A stretch of 60,712 nucleotides of DNA from a virus. The notes beneath the pieces are model-generated. The model was not told where the DNA came from. It did not search any database and saw only the letters and a program-made list of their open reading frames with translations. The stretch spans positions 1 to 60,712 of IMG/VR virus record IMGVR_UViG_3300045988_137581; one strand, given 5' to 3'. How positions within the stretch are numbered: the stretch's first letter is position 1; each line of letters opens with the position of its first letter. Shown piece after piece: positions 26,101 to 32,430 of the stretch. Both the position numbers and the translations under genes were made by a program.

Positions 26101-28092
26101 GGCACTTGCAGAACCAACTTCATTCATGTTTTCGCTGAATAATGTCAATCCAGTACTTGCATCAATAATCGCAAGACTTCGTATAACCCCCAATACCTCG
26201 TTACCATCAGGGTAGCTTACGCTTCTCAAAGCAACATTTACAAGAATATCAGAGCCGAATGCCACTGTAGGAGCAGCTTCCTCGAAATATATAGACAATG
26301 TGCTGCTCTCACTTGACCCACCACCTCCTGTGTTCTTCGGTATCTTGATTTGCACATCGAGAAGTTGAGTGCCGTTGAGGTTTACAGCTTTGTAATAAAT
26401 GTAATCCTCATCGCTTTCCTCATCAAAACCTCCTATTGCCTTTTGTTGCATCTCGTACGCCCCACCTGTCGAAAGAGCCTGTTTCCCGTTTTCTTCCGGA
26501 ACGTCTGATGTCTCAACTGAACTTCCACCATTAGCCGAACCGAACGCAACCCAAGGCTTTTCATCCGCAGGGTTGATGTCTGAAACCTCACGTGTAAACT
26601 GATATGCAAGCCATATAGGCGCACCGTTGCTATCAATGTCAGCTGTTTTAAAAGTCAGCACAACTCCACTCTTGAAGTACGATAATCCGCTCTCTCGCTC
26701 CAACTCCTGAACCGCCTGAATAGCTGTACCTAACGAATACTCAATATTATCGCAAAGTGAGTTTACATTGATTGTATTACCAATGCTTTCTCCATTTGTT
26801 CCGAAGTCAGTCCAATTGCTCTCTGTTGCCCAATCTGTAGTGTTTGTCCATTGCTTCGACTGCCAACCATTTTCAGAAAGGAACGTCAGCACAACCCCTG
26901 GTATCATAATAATCTCTGCACCACTGAGGTTTGCTATGCGGTCAAGTGCTACTGCAAAAGAAATTTCTCTATCCTTCAAGCCAAGCAACTCATTGACATT
27001 AACAATGCTTCGACTAATTATCTGTTGGGCTGCTATAGCTTGTTTAGTGTTGAGGTTAGAAATTTCATTCTTTGCAGTTTCCATTTCCTCTTGTAACAGC
27101 TTTCCATCGCTACCGGGGAAAGCTGTACTATCTGTATAACCCAAAGCAAGGTCAGAACCAATAGAGACAAGTGTGTCTCCACTCCAACGATAAGTAATGT
27201 TTTTTGACTTGTCCACATAAACTTTACCACTTTCCGGAATAACACCATTATTAGTTGCTGTTCCCCAAATGTTGCTGTCGCTCCACGATGGATAATAATA
27301 AGTTACAGCTTCCTCGTTATTATCTTCTGTTACTGTATGGGCAAGAAGGAATACATTATATTCCTTACTGTACACAACACTACATTGAGGGTCTGTTGAA
27401 TATAATTCTGATTGAGATTGTTGAATTACGATGTTTTCAACTGTTTTCTCAAACTCAATGACATCATCTACAAAACTTGGTAGGTAGTTTGCAGGTATCT
27501 TCCTATCACTATCCAATGGAGCAAGTCCACCTGCTGCACCTTTAGTGTTTTTTAACTCGGTAAGTTCATCACCAACTGCATTAGCCTTATCTTTCGCTTC
27601 GTTAGCGGTAGCCTCAACGCTATTGGTTTGAGCTTGAATAGAGTTGATATTGTTGCCTTGTGATGTCAGTTGCGTATCCTGTGCATTGTTTTTATCCTCA
27701 ATATTTTGAATATTTTGTTGCATCAAAGATATATCTCTTTGCAACTCTGCAACTGCTTCGTTATACTGCTCACTGTCAATAGTCGGATTGCCTCCTTCTT
27801 CTCCTGTGGCTACCCATTCACCGCCGTCACCGATATAAATCGGTCCGGGGAGAGTTCTGCCGACAATAGCCCACCACCCATCGTGAGGCAATGGGTAGGC
27901 TTCTCTCAATTTTTCTATTGTGGTGAATATACCTTTATTTGCACCTTTGATGTTCTTGGCATCAAGCCAACCTTCAACTTTTAAATTCCCTTTGAGTTGA
28001 GTGCTTCCTTGAACGGTTGCTTTGCCACCAACAGCTATGTTGCGACCAACGGAAACATCACCGTCAATCTGTGTTGCCTTTATTGAACTCAT
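20149..28092 (-). CDS. giant tail fibre / receptor-binding protein (2647 aa)
   Basis: The N-terminus is fibre-like (GAAGGLAPLDSDRKIPANYLPS after a coiled coil). Further along are a ConA/LamG-like block, a leucine-rich-repeat block and a lectin-like C-terminus. The start forms an ATGA overlap with the upstream gene. Confidence 0.8.
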   Translation of the reverse strand: MSSIKATQIDGDVSVGRNIAVGGKATVQGSTQLKGNLKVEGWLDAKNIKGANKGIFTTIEKLREAYPLPHDGWWAIVGRTLPGPIYIGDGGEWVATGEEGGNPTIDSEQYNEAVAELQRDISLMQQNIQNIEDKNNAQDTQLTSQGNNINSIQAQTNSVEATANEAKDKANAVGDELTELKNTKGAAGGLAPLDSDRKIPANYLPSFVDDVIEFEKTVENIVIQQSQSELYSTDPQCSVVYSKEYNVFLLAHTVTEDNNEEAVTYYYPSWSDSNIWGTATNNGVIPESGKVYVDKSKNITYRWSGDTLVSIGSDLALGYTDSTAFPGSDGKLLQEEMETAKNEISNLNTKQAIAAQQIISRSIVNVNELLGLKDREISFAVALDRIANLSGAEIIMIPGVVLTFLSENGWQSKQWTNTTDWATESNWTDFGTNGESIGNTINVNSLCDNIEYSLGTAIQAVQELERESGLSYFKSGVVLTFKTADIDSNGAPIWLAYQFTREVSDINPADEKPWVAFGSANGGSSVETSDVPEENGKQALSTGGAYEMQQKAIGGFDEESDEDYIYYKAVNLNGTQLLDVQIKIPKNTGGGGSSESSTLSIYFEEAAPTVAFGSDILVNVALRSVSYPDGNEVLGVIRSLAIIDASTGLTLFSENMNEVGSASATDYKFQLNFTEYFSSAASKSFFVQASDADGNIKKKAITIVAVDVTVEQPMALNYTSSTALTVGGSSKNIGQFYKFPNNSSSILAVVEMLYNGEWKKLGEATVSDSYTKSISVNPSDVFGGGERLLHGAYPVRIYGVEIKSGVRGNTIYSTIMCVDANNSTPIVAIRFNDTNNGTLRLYDSLSVEVAAYTSGKTETPIDVYYGNELVTSVNAMIAETIKVNKQIQGYRTDGTESIIVHAESGSVSTNEIKVTVMGSAIGAVIKDGALFGFDFANRSNSESDHTIKNNGVEMVVHGSNYSSNGFVDYLGERCLRIAENVTAEITDYTPFGNSAVERTTGCAFQFAFATKNIKAANAKLIECYDPDTGAGFYVCGNSATIFCKTGQPALVERRFRCGEKHTMAIVVEPSTIYVTRGGSSYSCIKMYLDGEEVGCIGYISNSGAILSSKTIKFNGTDGDLYLYYVLAYDSHYEWSQAFQNYLCKLTDTTAMIAEFDKENVLDSQNRPTLDALTERGIPYYVVVADQQTFDTFDGDIDTSKKFSCTLYYYHPTMPWRSFKAINVQWRRQGTTSAKRPIKNDRFYLRKNSGWAVTPVYPEYTNDDALISYNLMQLGYVKVEENSIPVSIITVKVDYSDSSGANDCGVCDMMNDTYRALGSNYMTPAQRAFDGTWTKGDVHLTGLQMNHSTANHPIAAFRATMESLTDAWFHAKGNWKEDKGEQIALGFKNTPGYNLGCVNYGEFVEYFGTEGETLDEIEMRFKNDNTTNKNKLYLLSLYCGENYRFMAYESGEWTAQEGEMKQVNGKWQITGKVLNPVSGYELLSYDGLNWWQGIGSIADMMEPTTAEASWVTKLKLGQPTYPMWTRYFECMIDDDQLQVDLAMGRKVPYDLYQMLVFCNSCDYSKEELADTWQNIWKTQMWKYANPYSLIAYYLFTDYLAAVDQQAKNMQPMWFLEDGCSVKNGVYSGANGMNARRMYCNKVYDCDTCNGKDNDGGQTIDPEVDPGDLTNSAYAGRGSVLWNNIRGQQTMDIDQNGNTITLLSIADTMRSLPDTLGIGAGPFSPKGAYHYFVSERLKKWQKVVSSFDGERKYIKYTGYSDIYFYALQGLGLTSLPAFIEQRWRIRDGYYRCGDFKAESGYIGGRIGAKDGAVIRFRAAKTGYFGIGNDSGNITEGIYLQAGEDGVFSNFQHGENIMLYIYQADRMSMIDLKEISIDPQFGNTLSKMTLLQELYLGGETHVDWTMSPGNTGYMTNLDLGDMPFLTILDIRNTEVQTVNASKCPRLVAVFADNTSLSTITLAETSPINTLSLPNTMTEIILNNLPKLTYPGGLTISGMDKVAKVYLNNCPYINTMTLLEQITEASALKTIRIPNVNVSASVDMLRSIKNSGCIGLDANGNAYDEIGQCSGITGRWILTELIEDSEVLSLQNYFKELNIYNAQFSQVIFNDEEADSANISNMDNKTGYLFGNTYQKSGHFARIEANSHAYRAIWDANEAVMKCRQLSDDNYNYYADGTELDLSDTSGEGFDIMKRLQPYWYKGVNDYKNQQKHFFASSQEGKPISTANKITRKKLSDILLQELSSVFINSNSVANPLVITENANHNTYSIEVEGMKQVRFPGVNSSTVGGAFVDENDNVVSLFNMHVTHALFDFTPGEYIFCDVPQGAKRFVFSSLTGLDDLETIAIDSNAIEAIEPDWVHTTDRLVGVYGASVDGLMRIRSISGVKTKVGTDTSQTSTEWTYDENGKVTNLSAPAIANFTCKDFQNLAMFRKNGYQLVDYEMSKDIANLVMALVGTRDIQAYAGYGSNAGYTTGANSLNTYGNQTRQYPRGGRIGNLIFGIQNFVGCNYEWTDNVAVNVVSFKSYLKNKGVAITADKVDRYWHIYDPATDTERTVQACEAFSTYYNIGRVRFGRYCDCIASRITTDSSNFNQWYTDSYFYAAERCRVVGRGGSDASEYFGLVCARAFNASSNSATYCGSRLAFIGPIEIE

Positions 28093-28727
28093 ATCAATAC
28101 AGATTTTACTAATTCATTAAATATTTTACTCTTATCGTAATCCCCAAAAGTCGCTAACACCAATGCAGCAATCATATATATTACCGCTGGATAGCACTTT
28201 TCGCAAACATCGATGGAGTTATTTTCTTCATTTATTATTGGATATGGAAGATATACAGCTCTTCTGACGTATGCTTCCGTACTCTTACTCGAATAAAACT
28301 CTAAAGCTTTCCCCTCTGGTCTGATGACAATAAAACATTTAGGATTTTGAATAGACCCTCGTATACCTTTGAATTTGGATCGCTGTTTTGCGTATTCGGG
28401 ACTATCCACAAATTCTGCATTAAAAACAGCTGTTTTCCAATCGCTCATTTCAAATACCAATAATCGCATAAAATCTTCCGGTAATAAGACCCATCCGCTT
28501 TCATGCTCTTGCCAATAGATAGCATCACCAAAATTATTGCCACTATCAAGTAGATGATGTGGAGCGGCAGAATGCACTCTTTTAACTGCTTCCTCTATCT
28601 TAGAGTGTATAATTTCGTTAACCGTGAGTGTATCTATATCGCCAATAGAAGAGAGATTGTCGTTAACCATATTTTGGTCAAGTGCAATTCTCACATCTCT
28701 CATGATGCTATCAATTAGATATATCAT
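28089..28727 (-). CDS. hypothetical virion protein (212 aa)
   Basis: Translationally coupled by 4-nt overlaps on both sides, between the capsid and fibre genes. Confidence 0.6.
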   Translation of the reverse strand: MIYLIDSIMRDVRIALDQNMVNDNLSSIGDIDTLTVNEIIHSKIEEAVKRVHSAAPHHLLDSGNNFGDAIYWQEHESGWVLLPEDFMRLLVFEMSDWKTAVFNAEFVDSPEYAKQRSKFKGIRGSIQNPKCFIVIRPEGKALEFYSSKSTEAYVRRAVYLPYPIINEENNSIDVCEKCYPAVIYMIAALVLATFGDYDKSKIFNELVKSVLI

Positions 28728-29113
28728 GACATTATGAATTTAATTCCATATTTGTCGGCTTCAGCTTCTATTGATTTTGGGTTGCGTAAGGCTGTTCTAC
28801 TAATTCCATATTTGTCGGCAAGATAATCTTTCGCCTCCTGCATGGAGTTTACTTTCACCTCGATTACCATTTTGTTCCCAATTTCAATTTCCTCTTCATG
28901 TGGTGTAGCGACAACCTCATATTCTTCTTTCAAAAAGAACAGCTTGCCAAAGTTATAATGTCTTTCAATCGCAATTTGAATATCTCTATCATCGGTTTTG
29001 AAAACACTGCCCTTGTTTGCAGAGTATGGTCTGAATGCAATGTGAACATTCTTTTTATTGGGGGTATGTACATTGATAGAAATGTCACTATAAGAAATAT
29101 ATGTCTTAATCAT
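28724..29113 (-). CDS. hypothetical virion protein (129 aa)
   Basis: First gene after the capsid terminator. It contains an internal 19-nt repeat (28741-28759 and 28801-28819) encoding ADKYGI twice. Confidence 0.6.
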   Translation of the reverse strand: MIKTYISYSDISINVHTPNKKNVHIAFRPYSANKGSVFKTDDRDIQIAIERHYNFGKLFFLKEEYEVVATPHEEEIEIGNKMVIEVKVNSMQEAKDYLADKYGISRTALRNPKSIEAEADKYGIKFIMS

Positions 29114-29133
29114 ATTTTTATTTACATTTGAAA

Positions 29134-29157
29134 AGAGGGGGACATTGCCCCCCCTCT
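29134..29157 (-). terminator. Rho-independent terminator after the capsid gene
   Basis: Stem AGAGGGGG/CCCCCTCT with A-runs and T-runs on both sides. This fits high capsid-transcript abundance. Confidence 0.75.
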
Positions 29158-29180
29158 ATGTTTTATACTGTCATCATTTT

Positions 29181-30620
29181 TTATTCCCCTATTTCTGCTG
29201 TTATCGGAGCTTGGGCAAGTCTCATTCTTGCATGAGCTTTGGCATATCTCAGATAAAGACAAGACACTTCTTGAATAACTACTGCATCTGTATTTCTTAT
29301 ACCTGCTTTTTTTAGGTCTAAGACATTCCTTGCCCAGCTCACATGAGTTTTTTTCGAGAGGTATTCCGGGTCCATAGCAAGACCATAATCACTCATTCCA
29401 TTTATGTCGAACAATTCATGGTGTATTGTCAAAACTTCGCCGAAATCCGTATCCCAAGATTTGAACTTCAAATTCCATACTTCGACAGTATCTTTAAGTC
29501 TGAACTTCTCGGATTTGATTTTGGAAAAAGCCGACAGCATATCTGAACCGCACAACAGAATTTTCCGTTTATTTCCGATACCTGTTCCTACGAATAAATC
29601 CTTGGTAATATCTACAAGGTTTTCGTCGGAGATGATAGCACATTTTTTCGTGGCATCCCATTCTCCGACTTCAATATCTTTACCTGCCATCCACCAGATA
29701 CCACCGGTAAACCAAGTATCCATTCCATCTTTTGAGACGTGATTGATTTTATTTCTTACGCCGAACAGATATGTGTTTTCCATTGCAAGCCTCATGTCAT
29801 AAATACCATCCTCTTCGATGTCAGAGAAATTCCAGTTGACTTCTTTCTTCGCAATCTTGTCGAACGTAGATTGTTCTATCTGTATCATGAAGTTCTGACA
29901 ATATTGTGTCTCAGGTGTAGGCAAGTTATTAAAACGACCTGTCTGTACATCCAATTCCCCACAAGCCTTTCCCATACGCACAAGAGTTGTTCCGTTAGGT
30001 ATTTCGGGGATAAGAATAGGCTGTCCGTTACTATCTTTTTTGCCATTCACGGCATACACAGTCGGCATATTGGTCGAGCTATCCTTGCCGCAAACGCACA
30101 GCACTAAGTCCGGGGTCAATTCACCACTCGTGTAAGCTGTACCATCAGGCTTGGTTATAGCCTTAACTCCGACAACTCTGATAGTGTCATCTAATGTGAA
30201 CATATTTACGTCATCAACCGGAAGCGACGTACTCGCTCCTGAGGCCATAGCGGTTAGTTTTGCATTCGTTGTGCATTTTATCTCTCTTGTGCCGACAGAG
30301 TAATACTTAACCTCGAACGAGCCTGTTTGTGAAGATTTGGCATAACGACTTATCTGGTCAATCGGGGTAGCCATCGGACGTATCTTGATGATACGCTTAT
30401 CGACATCGCTCAGGTATAGATTGTCATCCCCATTTTCCCTTCCGAATGTCTCAGTAGCGATACCAGCAGGCGGAGCTGTATTACCACCATTGCCACCTTC
30501 TGTTACACCGGCATCCGGTAATGCTGCTGCATCCGCCATGAATATACCACTGGACGCATTGAATACTGATGCTAATGCCAATAGCACCAATCCTCCCAAA
30601 AATTTGAAAACTTTTTTCAT
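29181..30620 (-). CDS. major capsid protein candidate (479 aa; possible true start at Met28, nt 30539)
   Basis: Based on size, position directly after the scaffold-like gene, and the strong terminator that follows it. The N-terminal 27 aa look like a signal peptide. Confidence 0.55.
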   Translation of the reverse strand: MKKVFKFLGGLVLLALASVFNASSGIFMADAAALPDAGVTEGGNGGNTAPPAGIATETFGRENGDDNLYLSDVDKRIIKIRPMATPIDQISRYAKSSQTGSFEVKYYSVGTREIKCTTNAKLTAMASGASTSLPVDDVNMFTLDDTIRVVGVKAITKPDGTAYTSGELTPDLVLCVCGKDSSTNMPTVYAVNGKKDSNGQPILIPEIPNGTTLVRMGKACGELDVQTGRFNNLPTPETQYCQNFMIQIEQSTFDKIAKKEVNWNFSDIEEDGIYDMRLAMENTYLFGVRNKINHVSKDGMDTWFTGGIWWMAGKDIEVGEWDATKKCAIISDENLVDITKDLFVGTGIGNKRKILLCGSDMLSAFSKIKSEKFRLKDTVEVWNLKFKSWDTDFGEVLTIHHELFDINGMSDYGLAMDPEYLSKKTHVSWARNVLDLKKAGIRNTDAVVIQEVSCLYLRYAKAHARMRLAQAPITAEIGE

Positions 30621-30645
30621 TGTGTAAAATTTAAAGATTAGAATA

Positions 30646-31434
30646 CTACTTATATGTTCTTCGTTTTTCGCCGCCTCTTTCCCAAATCGATTGAGAATTA
30701 TAGCTGTTATCGATAGCCCCTAAATCGGGCATTCTCTTATCCCCGCCACCATTCTTTCCGCCAAGATTTGCTGTGCCATCATTCCTATTGCGTTTTCTTA
30801 GTTTCTCTTCTATTTTGGTATTTTTGCCTCTCAATTCACCCTCCGTTTCAGCATTTTGAATCGAAGCATCATAATTGAGAGCTTTGAGAGCCATATCGAT
30901 GCTCTCCTCCGAGAATTTACCAAGAATCCCATCTCTTATAATACTCAACAAGAACTCCATTGCTTCATCGATATCATCATCGGTTAACCCTCTGTCGGAT
31001 TGCATCTTTTCTATTGTAGATAAAGTCTGAGTTATATTCTGTTGATATTGCTCTTCAAAATCTTTTTCTTTTGCAATTTGTTCTGCAAACTCCTTATTCG
31101 CTTGTGCGATTGCTTCTTGTTTAGATGGGTCTTCGAGAGCCTCCTTAAAATCATCTCCGAATTTTCGTATCAAACCGACGATAGGGTCTTCTCCGTTTTT
31201 CCAATCTATAAGGAATGCCGCAGAGCGAGGATTGCTCGCAAATAAATCAGAAAGAGCCTTTTCTCTTGACTTATACCCCTCTATTTCTCCCTCATAAACC
31301 CCATAATCATCATCGATTTGTCCGAACAAATCATCATCCGTTGCGAATTGTTTATCGGGGTATTTTTTCTTCAATCTTTGCAGATATTTTTCCCTGTTGG
31401 TTGTAACATTTTGATTTTCAGCGTTATTTGCCAT
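30646..31434 (-). CDS. scaffolding protein candidate (262 aa)
   Basis: Acidic, helical and low in complexity. Sits directly upstream of the capsid candidate and is the first gene of the operon. Confidence 0.5.
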   Translation of the reverse strand: MANNAENQNVTTNREKYLQRLKKKYPDKQFATDDDLFGQIDDDYGVYEGEIEGYKSREKALSDLFASNPRSAAFLIDWKNGEDPIVGLIRKFGDDFKEALEDPSKQEAIAQANKEFAEQIAKEKDFEEQYQQNITQTLSTIEKMQSDRGLTDDDIDEAMEFLLSIIRDGILGKFSEESIDMALKALNYDASIQNAETEGELRGKNTKIEEKLRKRNRNDGTANLGGKNGGGDKRMPDLGAIDNSYNSQSIWERGGEKRRTYK

Positions 31435-31469
31435 AAGTGTAAGGTATTATCGTTAGAATGAACCAATTA

Positions 31470-31477
31470 CAAAAATA
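31470..31477 (-). promoter_or_regulatory. -7 box TATTTTTG (minus strand) upstream of the scaffold/capsid/fibre operon
   Basis: CAAAAATA on the + strand, 36 nt from ATG 31434. Confidence 0.45.
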
Positions 31478-31517
31478 TTGCCATCGAATTATATATTGGG
31501 TTTATCTTGTTACTTAC

Positions 31518-31525
31518 TAACTTTG
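31518..31525 (+). promoter_or_regulatory. -7 box TAACTTTG for the + packaging block
   Basis: Matches TAnnTTTG 25 nt upstream of ATG 31550, in a divergent intergenic region. Confidence 0.5.
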
Positions 31526-31549
31526 TAGGAGCTAATAATTTGTTGTACT

Positions 31550-31975
31550 ATGAAAACAAAAGGTGCAGTAATGGAGCTATCCGAGGAAAGAATTGACGAT
31601 ATAATGAGGTGTTATAAGGAGTACCTGCATAATTGCAATTATATCAATACACAAGAATTATATTCGACTATTGCGAACATGCCATCAAGACGGTTTTGGG
31701 TAAGCGATAAACGAGCATTCGTTGTAGTATCTCTCCTTATTAAAGGAGAAGAAGAAATTCTGAATAAAATGCGACCGCTAAAAAGAGAGATGTACCGAGA
31801 AATACATAAGAGAGTAATAACCCTAAGAAACGAAAATCGAATAACCTCTGTCGCTAAATTATGCTCTTATGTAATCAATCAACCTGCACCAAAATTCTAT
31901 TTGGCACCGGGTTCGATTAAAATGATAGTATCAAAATCAAGAAGAAGGTGGTATCAAAAACAACAAAAACAATAA
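31550..31975 (+). CDS. hypothetical protein (141 aa); position is compatible with a small terminase or DNA-binding protein
   Basis: First gene of the terL operon, with a basic C-terminus (KSRRRWYQKQQKQ). Confidence 0.5.
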   Translation: MKTKGAVMELSEERIDDIMRCYKEYLHNCNYINTQELYSTIANMPSRRFWVSDKRAFVVVSLLIKGEEEILNKMRPLKREMYREIHKRVITLRNENRITSVAKLCSYVINQPAPKFYLAPGSIKMIVSKSRRRWYQKQQKQ

Positions 31976-32430
31976 CCCTGATACTATCAATCGGGATAAT
32001 GATAACATCATTCTTACCCATCGATTTTTATATTGTTGGAATATCTAAGAATTGTTCCTTGGAGCAAAGGTTGGTATATCACTTTTTTCATGTCGGATTT
32101 TTCCATGCACTGACTAATTCGATAGCTTTATTATCTATTTCTTTTTCTCGCAATCTCTATTGCTGGCAACTCATAGCAGCCTATGCAATAGCAATAACAA
32201 TACCACAACTATGCTTATACGACAAACCGACCGTAGGGCTATCCGCAATCATATACGCTTTATTCGGCATAATTTCATTGTCCGCTAAGCGAAAAGTAAT
32301 ATATAATATCTTTATCGTTGTGTGTATTTCGATAGGTTTTTTGTTTCCTTATAGTAATGCATTGATACACCTATATTGTTATATAGGAGGCTTTGTCGTA
32401 TCTGTGCTGACGACTCCAATCAAAATATGA
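31948..32430 (+). CDS. rhomboid-family intramembrane serine protease-like protein (about 160 aa, 6 TM; start uncertain, GTG 31948 or ATG 31999)
   Basis: FFHVGFFHALTNSIAL fits the TM2 H..xH...N motif. VGLSAIIYALFGI fits the TM4 GxSx motif (E. coli GlpG has GLSGVVYALMGY). ALIHLYCYIGGF fits the TM6 histidine. The stop overlaps the terL ATG (ATGA). Confidence 0.7.
   Translation: MVSKTTKTITLILSIGIMITSFLPIDFYIVGISKNCSLEQRLVYHFFHVGFFHALTNSIALLSISFSRNLYCWQLIAAYAIAITIPQLCLYDKPTVGLSAIIYALFGIISLSAKRKVIYNIFIVVCISIGFLFPYSNALIHLYCYIGGFVVSVLTTPIKI

Noticed and set aside
28741-28819. 19-nt direct repeat TAATTCCATATTTGTCGGC spaced exactly 60 nt apart
   Set aside because: It lies inside CDS 28724-29113 and simply encodes a duplicated ADKYGI peptide. 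There is no evidence for a regulatory role.
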